Below, piece by piece: positions 19,401 through 28,102 of a stretch of DNA of 64,000 nucleotides (positions are counted from its first letter, which is position 1; the number at the start of each line of letters is the position of its first letter). The notes under the pieces were generated by a model. It worked only from the letters and a program-made list of their open reading frames with translations, did not search any database and was not told the origin of the DNA. The DNA comes from a bacterium. GTDB lineage: Bacteria; Armatimonadota; JACIXR01. The translations under genes were made by a program, and so were the position numbers. Location of the stretch: positions 24,516 through 88,515 of the forward strand of contig JACIXR010000005.1 of the NCBI GenBank assembly GCA_014360495.1, given 5' to 3'.

Positions 19401-20702
19401 AGCCATAATTTCGTTTGCAACGCTCCAAATGACAACCGAGGGATGATTTCTATCCCGCAGGACGAATTCCCTTATATGTTGAGAGGCTCTACGCCAGAAA
19501 TCATCGTTATAATAAAAATTGCAAGCGGAAGCCCAAATGGCGCTTTCATTCGTTATGAGGATGCCTTCCTCATCAGCGATATCCAAGAAGAAAGAGGGAT
19601 AAACCTGAGCGTGAAGGCGAATGTGGTTCAAACCTGTTTCCTTAGCCATCTTGAACCAAAGGCGAGCATATTCCGGCGTCTGATAGGGGATTCCCATATA
19701 GTGCCAGGCATCGCCCCTGAGCTTTATCCTCTTCCCATTGAGATAGAAGGCGTTTCCCTCAATCCAAAATTCCCTGAAGCCGAAGCGGAGACGGTACTCA
19801 TCCTTCATTAACGAATTGTGAATGCTTGCAACCAAAGTGTAAAGGTAGGGGTCATCTGGTGACCAAAGGCGAGGATTGTTCCAAGGAATAACGAATTCAA
19901 TCTCTCCTCTCTCATCGGGAGCCAATCTCATTGGCTTTTCTTGAATGGGAAGGGGAACTTCCTTCCCTTCCTTATCCAGAATTGAAAGGAAAACTCCAAG
20001 ATTCTGTTCGGACGCGGATTTATTCTGTATCCAGAGCTTTACCTTCATCTCCTTATTGCGATAAGAGGTGTTGACGAAGATGTCGTCAATATATACTTGT
20101 GGGCGGGCGATGAGGTAAACATCCTGCCAAATTCCCCTTATATGACCTCCCCAGAAGGAGCCCCAGGGGTAGGGGGTAAGTCCGTTGACATCGTAGAAGC
20201 TCTTATCTTTCACACCTACCAAAAGCTCGTTTTCCCCTTGCCAATTGACGAAATCGGTTATATCAAACTCAAAGGGGGTAAATCCACCCTCATGAGCGCC
20301 AACCTTCTTGCCATTAAGATAGACCTCGCAATAATAATGAACCGCTTCGAAGCGGAGGAAAAGGCGCATACCTTCCATAACAGGAGGGATTGTGAAGGTG
20401 CGTCTATGCCAGCCTATGAGGTATTTTTCCCAATCTTCGGGGTAGGAGGGGAAAAGCCTGAAATCGCCGCCCTCCCCTCGCGAGAAGGAATTAACATTCC
20501 AAGGGGAGGGGATGCGGATGGGGACTTTGTCCCATTTCCCTTCTGGTAGGCGGAATTCTCCCTCTTGTCCTTGAAACTGCCAATTGCCGTTGAGGCAAAG
20601 TTGTGGGCGGTTAGGGGATAGCCAAGAGACTTCCTCCGCGAAGAGGATGGAAGAGAGAAAGATTGCGAAAACGAAATGGGTCAATTTTGGAATTTTCCTC
20701 AA
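16407..20702 (-). CDS. Secreted glycoside hydrolase family 2 protein (1431 aa) with a C-terminal F5/8 type C (discoidin) domain
   Basis: Signal peptide; GH2 sugar-binding block (GWHRRTFTIP...LRFEAVHYYCEVYLNGKKVGAHEGGFTPFEFDIT); TIM-barrel block (HPSVVIWSVANEI); C-terminal discoidin-like domain. TTG start. Confidence 0.8.
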   Translation of the reverse strand: MRKIPKLTHFVFAIFLSSILFAEEVSWLSPNRPQLCLNGNWQFQGQEGEFRLPEGKWDKVPIRIPSPWNVNSFSRGEGGDFRLFPSYPEDWEKYLIGWHRRTFTIPPVMEGMRLFLRFEAVHYYCEVYLNGKKVGAHEGGFTPFEFDITDFVNWQGENELLVGVKDKSFYDVNGLTPYPWGSFWGGHIRGIWQDVYLIARPQVYIDDIFVNTSYRNKEMKVKLWIQNKSASEQNLGVFLSILDKEGKEVPLPIQEKPMRLAPDERGEIEFVIPWNNPRLWSPDDPYLYTLVASIHNSLMKDEYRLRFGFREFWIEGNAFYLNGKRIKLRGDAWHYMGIPYQTPEYARLWFKMAKETGLNHIRLHAQVYPSFFLDIADEEGILITNESAIWASACNFYYNDDFWRRASQHIREFVLRDRNHPSVVIWSVANEIMASFGAIPHNIAPSLDWVLERIYGLVREIKELDGTRPVSSDGDEDIGGRGEIFSLHYPGPNPPKTQKPITIGESGSMFYSTPPEVAPTAGEDVYLSFSNRLKGVGEELRDLIPQYRRWAQQITPFNVVWYSLEPLPITRVLSYEDLQTPGVKPERWGPFCSTLNPGYDPSLPPYKPNSLYPYIKELLQPITFFISERNCSFFSGEKISRTFTIFNDISESSNLELRIEVLRGEEKIFSQAIPLSLAPCEFKEIKISFALPQVPKKEAIQMNVALWKENKGWVKVKEEHYKFYVYPPIQPTFPPLIHGDPNRLPFQAVPLADIKSLTPQNILIIAKALDDSSAQDLLEKVEEGGKVLVLEPSPSLLTLLKLSRQNYSVKRAFAPFEHPILKGIEKEELLFWRHGKVANGGYSLPISGTIKPIIFCGAGEVCFLEIKRGKGTILLSEMDILNQVKEEPTALAFLINSLEYLRSLDQNSYPQVGLLLQAGTPLSSLISSLGLQATYIKEADLISYDVVICDGRRLPSSSALRDFLDKGGRLLLLNPIIQNEKILNEIVPSLKIFPLRGEVQLIRAGKNPLSDGLHLDWLYWLERNSAREIANYYFEGDNIKPILITSYTDWRKWNWQGENIKTAAILKAELERSALPPKCVVGEIEIGKGKLILCGMNISPIYPKFLTAFSLLLSNLGLEMRPSGLPDIYVDENGYIMSWLVLGPFEGKDNLEMLIERYIDEEGIYPQEMTVASGRVWRKVIDSPLNFKSLWNKNYAIGYAGIYLYSPKEREAYLHVGSDDSVMIWLDGKLIWRNPAVRPLTLDSDKIAIKLSKGWHRLLFKVTQLSGEWGLSARIVDGDGNPLEDIRYSLILPEGGLREIKPFGWVGEAEPKGSEEFAFDRDVRTRWSSNKAMEPGMFYILDLGREEEISMMVLDSSLSPGDYPRGLRVEVSLDKKIWQKIAEIDAEEVEKRQWNGILGIDFPKVKARYIKLTQLGSNPFLFWSIHEIYLY

Positions 20703-20900
20703 GGCGATATATCACCTACCTGTGAAGTTTTGATAAATTATAATGAGAGGGAAGGAATCTGATAAGGAAAAATGTTCATTTTGTCACTGGGAGGACAGAA
20801 TCTTTCAGTCATTGTGAGAAGAAAAACGAGGAGGCAGTCTCTTTGAGATTGCTACGGTTTATGCTACTGCGCAGAACCCTCGCAAATAGAAAGGGTTATC

Positions 20901-21842
20901 TGAAGACCTCTGGGTAACCCTTTATCTGCTTGCCTATATCACTATTGTAGCGAATAACTATAACTCTATATCCATTCAAACGCAAATCCTCGCGAATTAT
21001 CTCGTCCTTTTCCCTTTGCTTCCTCTCATCGTGGACCGGACCATCGCAAAAAACGCAAACATTCGGTTCATAGAAGAAATCAACAGAGCAATGCTCCTGA
21101 TTGAGTTTCCTACTTGCTCCCTTGCTCAGCGGATGAGGATAGCTACATCCACACCTTGTCTTCCTCTATAGGTGTGAATCTCGTCAAAGACGAGGAATCT
21201 CAGCCCTTCTCCACCGAGGAACATCTTCTGCTCATCCGTTCGCATAATGAAGAATTCAGCCATAACATAATTCGTGAGGATGATATGGGGAGGATTTTTC
21301 TGGAGATTTTTTCTTTCCTCGTCAGGGGTATCGCCTGTATAGCGGGCGAATTTGATGTGAAATTCTTTACCATATCTTTCCTTATAGGCTGATTCAAGAT
21401 TTTGGAGGGATTTGAGTTGGGAGTTGACGAGGGCGTTCATTGGGTAGACGATGAGAGCGAGGACACTTTTTCCCTCAGCTGGCTTGGTGAGAATGGAGTT
21501 GAAAATGGGGATGAAATATGTTAGGCTTTTTCCCGAGCCGCTTCCGCTCGTTACGACATAGCTTTTGTTCTTCTGCGCGAGGAGAATGGCTTCTTCCTGA
21601 TGTTTATAGAGGATGATGGGGGTGCCCTTTCGGCGGAAGATTTTGGGGATTTCGGGATGGAGGATGCCTTCATCGGCGAGTTGTTGGATATTTCTCCCGT
21701 TGGCGTAGGAAGGGGATAGGTGGAGGAGGAAATCGGGACAGTAGCGGGCTTCGCCTTTTAAGAGGTGTTCAACCTTAGATGATATTTTATAAGGAGAGGA
21801 AGATTTAGCAAGATATTCTTTTAGAGAGGATGAAAAAAACAT
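20901..21842 (-). pseudogene. Superfamily-2 DExH helicase N-terminal fragment (238 aa). It is followed out of frame by a DUF559/Vsr-like endonuclease C-terminal fragment with no start codon. Remnant of a larger helicase gene
   Basis: ORF 21126..21842 has Walker A (TSGSGSGKSL) and DEIH, then stops with no helicase C-terminal domain. Immediately downstream, in the +1 frame and without any start codon, the minus strand encodes ...HCSVDFFYEPNVCVFCDGPVHDERKQREKDEIIREDLRLNGYRVIVIRYNSD..., a DUF559-type fold, ending at 20901. Confidence 0.6.
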
Positions 21843-22296
21843 CGGAAATGTCCTTTAGCCGAGTCGTATTCCAAGATAAAAGATGTTTTCCAGCCCCTTC
21901 AAAAGGAATTAGAGGGAGAAATCAGTGGACATGAATGAGATTCGCGCTGAATATAGCGACAGAATTAAGGAAAAAGGAGGATTTATCGCCATCATAACTG
22001 ATTATAAGTCGGCTTGAGATTAAAATACCCTAAATTCCTCCATGTCTTCTTGCTTCTATTTTACCCTTTCTTTAAGTTTCCTCAATCTCGTTCCGAATTC
22101 CTTCTCTTCTTCTCTATTTCAACTTCATCATCAGAATTTGTCGCAACATCCAGAAGGAATGAGAAATCAGGGTTTAGCGTCCTCACAATTCTTGCTATCT
22201 TAGTCTGTTAAGGACACAACTACTAAAAAATTGGGAATTTTAAAATGAGAAAGTCTTACTTGAGGAAACTTCCTCATCAAGATAACATTTTAATAA

Positions 22297-23337
22297 ATGA
22301 AGAAACTGTCTCTCCTTTTCTGCCTTTTTCTCGCCCTTACCTCCCTTGAGGGAAATGAACTGCCCGATATCATCATAGGGAAAGATGGAATGGAGATGGT
22401 CCTCGTTCCCGAAGGGGACTTTGTTATCGGCCCGAATGTTGAACCCGACGAAAAACAGCGGAGAACTATTTATCTTCCTGCCTTCTATATTGACCGCTAC
22501 GAGGTAAGCAATGCTCAATACGCCCAATTTGTTAAGGAGACCGGCTACCCTCCTCCGCCCCATTGGAATGGAACCAATCCTCCACCTGGAAGCGAGGACT
22601 TGCCAGTCACAAACATTACCTGGTTTGATGCGATGCGATATGCAATCTGGGCAGGAAAGCGCCTTCCAACTGAGGCAGAATGGGAGAAGGCAGGAAGGGG
22701 AGGGGATGGACGATTGTTTCCTTGGGGAAACGAGGATAATCCAAAAGCGAGAAACCTCAGCACAGATAAGCTCGCTCCCGTGGATTCATATAAGGAAGGC
22801 GTTTCCCCTTATAAGTGCTATAATATGACGGGAAATGTATGGGAATGGACAGCGGATTGGTATGAAGCCTATCCAGGCTCGGAGGTGAAATCCCCTCACT
22901 TTGGAAGGAAATATAAAGTAGTAAAGGGAGGGGGAGCTTTTGATTTTTATCCAATTCCAAACACGGGACGCCTCGACCAGAGAGCTCGCTGTTTGCCTTA
23001 TGGCTTCTACGAAGGATTGGGCTTTCGCTGTGTGAAAGATGTCAATCCAAACCAAGCTCCCTATGACCCGAAAGCTCTCCTTGAAGAGGCAGAGAGAATT
23101 CTTAAACGTCCTCAGCCACCTCCGAATCCACTCTCCTATGAGATGGAGTTCAAAAAATTTTTGGGGGATGGTTTTCTGCCGATAAAAGTCCAAGGAATGC
23201 CTGGGGAGGAGGGATATGTTCGGGTAGGAGTTCCTTTTCCAAGGGGATTTCTTAGGGATTTGAAGAATCTCCAAATTTCCTCTTCTGCTGGGAAAATCCG
23301 CCCCCCTACAAGTAAGGGCATTAAGCTTCTGGGATGA
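22297..23337 (+). CDS. Secreted formylglycine-generating-enzyme family (SUMF1/FGE-sulfatase domain) protein with a ~90-aa C-terminal extension
   Basis: Signal peptide; RLPTEAEWEKAGRGG...GNVWEWTADWY...GGAFDFYPIPNTGRLDQRARCLPYGFYEGLGFRCV. Confidence 0.8.
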   Translation: MKKLSLLFCLFLALTSLEGNELPDIIIGKDGMEMVLVPEGDFVIGPNVEPDEKQRRTIYLPAFYIDRYEVSNAQYAQFVKETGYPPPPHWNGTNPPPGSEDLPVTNITWFDAMRYAIWAGKRLPTEAEWEKAGRGGDGRLFPWGNEDNPKARNLSTDKLAPVDSYKEGVSPYKCYNMTGNVWEWTADWYEAYPGSEVKSPHFGRKYKVVKGGGAFDFYPIPNTGRLDQRARCLPYGFYEGLGFRCVKDVNPNQAPYDPKALLEEAERILKRPQPPPNPLSYEMEFKKFLGDGFLPIKVQGMPGEEGYVRVGVPFPRGFLRDLKNLQISSSAGKIRPPTSKGIKLLG

Positions 23338-23389
23338 TGGGTCAATCTCTTGGGCTCTGCTTGATTTTTGGGCAAAAGAGGGAGAGGTT

Positions 23390-25822
23390 TTGAAGCTTAA
23401 TTTTTCGAATAAAAATAATCTTCGTTCGCTTAACGAATCTATTGTCTTTAAAGAGAGGGAAAGAGATATACTTATAAATAATGGGAAATTCTTATTCCTG
23501 ATCTCAAAAGAGCCTCCTTTTATGAAAATCAAAGAAATTGACGGGGTGGAGATTGTTAATGGGTTAGGGATGCGCTTTATGGTGAAAAAGAAAGGAAAAG
23601 ATGTTATCCTTCTACCTCTACCGGCGGAAAAAGTAGAGAAAGAAGAAATTGGATTCCTGCATTCCGTTTTCCGTATCAGGGGGCAATTCGGCACGGCTGA
23701 TGGATGGGTTAGCTCCTTCGCCTATGACCTCCGGCTCCATATTTTCCTCGAATCTGAAAGGATTTGTTTCTCTTTAACAATTACTAATTATTCGGAAAGG
23801 GAAAGGGACTCAGCTTTAATTTCCTCCGGGAATTTCTTTTTTTCATTGAATGGGAAAGTCTCAAAGGTAATATTTGGGGCTGATGGTGATGAAATCGGAT
23901 GGGATTTCAAGGAGAAAGCGGAGCTTCTTCAGGAAGGAGCATATAGGTTTAAAATAGATGTTGATGGAAGGAAGAAAGGGGAGGGGAAGAGGGCTGATGG
24001 TTGGTTGAGGGTGGAGTTGGGAAGGAAGATTTTATATCTTTGGGTAAAATATTTCTGGCAGAATCATCCAATTGCACTTGTCTCACAAAATAGAGAGTGT
24101 GGATTTTCTATCTTTAAGAGAGAGGAACCGTTTGAATGGGAGGGAGGATTGGCAAAGACATTAGATTTCTGCCTTACCATATCGGATAATGGAAGAAAAC
24201 AGCTACCAAATGAAAGTTTAGTGGGTATTGTTTCTCCTTCCTGGATTGCAGGAACGAAAGCTTTGGATGATTTATTGCCAAGGGGTGAGGAAACATTGAG
24301 ATATTTCCCCTATTGGGAGGCTATTATGGAAAGCAGCGCGAGGAGGTGGGTAAGGGGGATGGCAACGGGGATACGAGATTTCGGAGATGCATATTATGGA
24401 GGTCCTTATAAGGGAAAGAATTCCTATGCGAATTTGGAATACGATGTTCCTCTTAATTTTCTCGTGCAATTCCTCAGGACGGGGAAGAGATGGTATCTTG
24501 ATGTGGCGGAGATGCAGGTTAGACACCAAGCTGATATAGACATTGACCATTACACCGGACGCCAATGGAAACATAGTCCTCTACACACCACAACGGAAGC
24601 TGACCTTGGGCATGTATTCCTCAGGGGACTTCTTTTACATTATCTCTTAAGAGGGGAAAAACGCTCTTTGGAGGCGGCTGAAGAGATAGGAAAATGGCTT
24701 GTGCAGAAAGTTGAGAGGTTTGAGGGAATGGGAAACGAAAGACAGATAGGTTGGTCTTTGTTTGCCCTCTCCCAGTTGTTTAAAGTTACGAGAAAGGAAG
24801 AATATCTGAAGGCAGCTGAAAAAGCGGCTTTGAAGCTCGCCCAAGGTCAACTTCCTACTGGTCGTTTCAACATTCGTTGGGATAATCGTATATCTTTTAT
24901 GAACGGCATAGCTATGGCTGGGCTTCTGGAGGTTTATCTTCATTCAAAAAGGGAGGAAATCTATCAAGCTATCCTCAAGCTCGCACATCGCACGCTTGGA
25001 TTTTACCCTGAATATGCTTGCAGAACCCTTGACGCTCTATCTTGGCTCGCTGAGAAAACGAAGGACCCTCGCTTCTGGGACCTAATTGAAAGAACTTGGG
25101 AGACATCAATGGAGTTCTTGATTCCGAGGGATGCCCTCTCAGCAGGAACTTTTTCCTGGAAGTTTCTTCATTTTGCGGGAAAATATCGTTTCCCTTTGTA
25201 TATAAAAGAGCCGGCAAATCTTGACCCAGAAAGTTGGCGCTTTTTGAGGTTGAGAGGGGAAAAGGTAGAGATAAATATGCAAGGAGAGGGGGAGGTTTTA
25301 ATTGTCCTTGAAGGATTGGTTGAAGGAAAGGCTATTTTATACAATGAAAAAGGGGCGATTGTTAAGAAGGTGGGGTTGGGAGGAGAAAAGCTTTTTAAGA
25401 GCGTTAATTTTAAACTTGCTAAAGGGAAGTGGAAGGTTGTTCTTCTGGGGGAAGAGTCGGCGATTTGGGAGGTTCATTACGATAAGAGAATCACCCCGAC
25501 TATTTATGACCCTTCATTTTCCCAGCTCGCAAACATTTACCCTAGAGCAAATTGCGTAGTGAGGGAAGGGGCGAGGCAGATAAGGATTAAGATGAAGGCA
25601 AAAGGGGAAGGTTTTCATAAGGCAATTATTTACGACCCAAAGGGGCGTTTAGCAGGTGTAGTTGAAAAGTTCATAGAGCTTGGCGACGAGAATACATATG
25701 ATATGGAGGTAAAAGTTGAGGTTGATAAAGGCATACAGAAGGAAGGGTGGGGGATTGAGATATACGAGTGCGAAGTAACGGAAGTTGAAGGCTTATCGCC
25801 CTTCCTTTATCCCTCTCTTTAA
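23390..25822 (+). CDS. Large hypothetical protein (810 aa), possibly an alpha/alpha-toroid glycoside-hydrolase or lyase-like fold
   Basis: Long ORF with a helical repeat-rich central region (WSLFALSQL, NGIAMAGLLEVY). No confident family assignment. Start uncertain because the N-terminal region is AT-rich. Confidence 0.5.
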   Translation: MKLNFSNKNNLRSLNESIVFKERERDILINNGKFLFLISKEPPFMKIKEIDGVEIVNGLGMRFMVKKKGKDVILLPLPAEKVEKEEIGFLHSVFRIRGQFGTADGWVSSFAYDLRLHIFLESERICFSLTITNYSERERDSALISSGNFFFSLNGKVSKVIFGADGDEIGWDFKEKAELLQEGAYRFKIDVDGRKKGEGKRADGWLRVELGRKILYLWVKYFWQNHPIALVSQNRECGFSIFKREEPFEWEGGLAKTLDFCLTISDNGRKQLPNESLVGIVSPSWIAGTKALDDLLPRGEETLRYFPYWEAIMESSARRWVRGMATGIRDFGDAYYGGPYKGKNSYANLEYDVPLNFLVQFLRTGKRWYLDVAEMQVRHQADIDIDHYTGRQWKHSPLHTTTEADLGHVFLRGLLLHYLLRGEKRSLEAAEEIGKWLVQKVERFEGMGNERQIGWSLFALSQLFKVTRKEEYLKAAEKAALKLAQGQLPTGRFNIRWDNRISFMNGIAMAGLLEVYLHSKREEIYQAILKLAHRTLGFYPEYACRTLDALSWLAEKTKDPRFWDLIERTWETSMEFLIPRDALSAGTFSWKFLHFAGKYRFPLYIKEPANLDPESWRFLRLRGEKVEINMQGEGEVLIVLEGLVEGKAILYNEKGAIVKKVGLGGEKLFKSVNFKLAKGKWKVVLLGEESAIWEVHYDKRITPTIYDPSFSQLANIYPRANCVVREGARQIRIKMKAKGEGFHKAIIYDPKGRLAGVVEKFIELGDENTYDMEVKVEVDKGIQKEGWGIEIYECEVTEVEGLSPFLYPSL

Positions 25823-25838
25823 AAGGAGTTCAAATTCT

Positions 25839-26627
25839 TTATAAAAGCCCTAATTCTTTCATAAGAACGGAAAGATACTTTTTCGCTTCTCGCACATCTC
25901 CTATGGGGTCCTCGCCGACTTCCCTCTCTATCGTGAGATACCCCTTATAGCCAACCTCTTTTAGAGCCAAAAGATATTCCCGCCAGGGAACCTGTCCCTT
26001 TCCAAGAGGTGCCTCTCCGATTCGCCCATCGGGATACCTCACTCCATCCTTTGCGTGGGTGTGAACTATGTAGGGAGCGAGAACCTTCACGCCCTTCACA
26101 GGGTCGAAGCCCATCATCACTAAATTAGCTGGGTCAAAGTTTACTTTTATCGCCGAGGTATTCAAGGATTTGAAGAATTCAACCATTAACTCGGGCTCCT
26201 CCGGACCAGTTTCAGCGGCGAGGACAGCGCCCACTTTCTCAGCGTGAGCCCCTATCTCATCAAGGGAGCGTCTGAGCTTATCCCAGTCTGGATGATTGCG
26301 GTCCTGGGGAATCACCCCTATATGAGTCGTCACTATGGGAGAGCCTAATTCAACGGAATAGGAGAGATATTGTTTTGTCTTCTTTATTCGCCATTCCAAG
26401 CCCTCCTCATGGGCGAAACCATAGCCAAGATCACCACAGAGGGCGCTTATCTCCAAACCATATTTAGAAACTTTCTCTTTGACCCATTCCGCACCACCCT
26501 CCAACCTCTCTGGGTCCAGCTCTCCCGTTACCCAAATTTGCACGCCTTGAAAGCCCATTTCCTTGGCGATTTTGAGGGCTTCCTCAAATGGCAAGCGAAA
26601 GTTAGCATCCACAACGCCGAGCTTCAT
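25839..26627 (-). CDS. Sugar phosphate isomerase/epimerase (xylose isomerase-like TIM barrel)
   Basis: 262 aa, AP-endonuclease 2/xylose isomerase-like TIM pattern. Confidence 0.75.
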   Translation of the reverse strand: MKLGVVDANFRLPFEEALKIAKEMGFQGVQIWVTGELDPERLEGGAEWVKEKVSKYGLEISALCGDLGYGFAHEEGLEWRIKKTKQYLSYSVELGSPIVTTHIGVIPQDRNHPDWDKLRRSLDEIGAHAEKVGAVLAAETGPEEPELMVEFFKSLNTSAIKVNFDPANLVMMGFDPVKGVKVLAPYIVHTHAKDGVRYPDGRIGEAPLGKGQVPWREYLLALKEVGYKGYLTIEREVGEDPIGDVREAKKYLSVLMKELGLL

Positions 26628-27469
26628 TTCTGTCCTCCTTTCAATTCATTCAAAATATCTTTTAAGTAAAGAATATCCTTCTTCGCCCTGGGGGTGGGGT
26701 CTCCAAGCCCACAATATTCTATGCAGATGTTTCCCTTGTAGCCCTTTCCGTAAATAAAAGATAGAGCCCTGAAGTAATCAATATCTCCATCCTCAAGTGC
26801 CCAGCTGTAATCGTATCCATTAGCGATTTTGCGACAATTCTTCAAATGTATATAACCTAATCCATCCCCCAATATCTCTATCGCTTTTATCGGTTCCTCG
26901 GCATGAGGAGTCGCATACATATTTCCCAAATCAAGATTAGCCAAAACCAGGGGGGAATTCACTCCATCAATTATCCTCATAGCCGAGGAGGCGGTGTCGT
27001 GAAGGGTGTTCATGTGGATTTCCAAAGTGATAAGGAGATTGTTCTCTTCCAAAATAGGCACCAACTCTTTCAGCCCCTTTATCGCTCTTTCATAGTGTTC
27101 ATCGGTGGCGATAGCGCTTCCTCCCTGAGAGAAATCGCTTGGTTCCTTGCCAGCGAGCGGACCGACGCTTCCATTGAGAATCTTCACACCCAACTTCTTC
27201 AGCAGGGGTATCGCTTGTCTCAAAATGTCAACGCTTTCCCTCATACTTTCATCAGATGTAATGAAGTTGGCGGGGAAATCGGCTGTTATAATCGGCAAAT
27301 CATATTTCTTTTGCATATCATTTAGCCTATGAATTTCTTTCTCAAGCTCGAAGAAGTCAAAATGGACGGTGGAGAGCTCTATCCCGTCGTAGCCGAATTC
27401 CTTCGCCTTTTGAAAAGCTTTCTCAAGTGGATAACCTCTATAAGTATAGCTGTGCATAAGAATGCTCAT
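26624..27469 (-). CDS. Sugar phosphate isomerase/epimerase (xylose isomerase-like TIM barrel), paralog
   Basis: 281 aa, same fold family; overlaps its neighbour by 4 bp. Confidence 0.75.
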   Translation of the reverse strand: MSILMHSYTYRGYPLEKAFQKAKEFGYDGIELSTVHFDFFELEKEIHRLNDMQKKYDLPIITADFPANFITSDESMRESVDILRQAIPLLKKLGVKILNGSVGPLAGKEPSDFSQGGSAIATDEHYERAIKGLKELVPILEENNLLITLEIHMNTLHDTASSAMRIIDGVNSPLVLANLDLGNMYATPHAEEPIKAIEILGDGLGYIHLKNCRKIANGYDYSWALEDGDIDYFRALSFIYGKGYKGNICIEYCGLGDPTPRAKKDILYLKDILNELKGGQK

Positions 27470-27488
27470 CTTTTATCCTCCTTTCTTG

Positions 27489-28076
27489 CTACTCTGGAAG
27501 ACAGAGGATTCTTTTCACTTTCATATTGAAGAAGCGGGAGGAACCCTCCGCTTGGAGTAGGACGCAGGTATCGGCGCCGAAACCTGTTCCCGCAACACAG
27601 AGGGCGTCAGCTCCCTCTTGGACAAGACCGGCATCAACCGCCATACTCGCTATCTCCAAGCAGACCTTCATACCTTGTGAGAATATATACAGCACTTCCG
27701 CTATGAGGCGGGAATGGGGGATACCTCCAAATCTCTCCATAAGAGCCATATCCAATCCGCCGCTGAGGGTATGGGTGGCTTGAAGGAGAGGAATTCCCTT
27801 TGAGGCAAGGAATTCCTTTATGTCCTCTGAGAATTCCACATTGAATTCGTGGTCCCTTGGGACAGCTAATTTGACAACGGACATTTTGACCCTGTCCAAG
27901 GGTAGTGCTTTAGCCATCTTTTCTGCCGTGTACCCCCTGCTTGAGGCAACCACGAGGTATTTCACCTCGGGGTGTTTTGTGAGGAAGTCCTTAACCAATT
28001 CCACTACCTTCTCCGTGTTTTCCTGCCAATTTTCCTCATCTTTGAAATAAACTATCTTCTCTTCGGTATAGGTCAT
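27489..28076 (-). CDS. Pyruvate kinase alpha/beta (PK C-terminal-like) domain protein
   Basis: 195 aa; the C-terminal half (MKVCLEIASMAVDAGLV...ALCVAGTGFGADT) resembles the PK_C fold. Confidence 0.55.
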   Translation of the reverse strand: MTYTEEKIVYFKDEENWQENTEKVVELVKDFLTKHPEVKYLVVASSRGYTAEKMAKALPLDRVKMSVVKLAVPRDHEFNVEFSEDIKEFLASKGIPLLQATHTLSGGLDMALMERFGGIPHSRLIAEVLYIFSQGMKVCLEIASMAVDAGLVQEGADALCVAGTGFGADTCVLLQAEGSSRFFNMKVKRILCLPE

Positions 28077-28102
28077 TTTACAAACCTCCTTTCTAATTTA
28101 TT

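Noticed and set aside
20765-20900. Small ORFs (24 aa Cys/His-containing; 18 aa) and an imperfect hairpin near the helicase remnant stop
   Set aside because: They are too short and unsupported. The hairpin (AAAGGGTTA...TAACCCTTT) overlaps the remnant's stop codon and may be a weak terminator at most.
21930-22016. 28-codon plus-strand ORF (MNEIRAEYSDRIKEKGGFIAIITDYKSA) in the AT-rich helicase-FGE intergenic region
   Set aside because: It is very short, has only a weak RBS and no recognisable homology. It is mentioned only as a possible leftover of the decayed locus.
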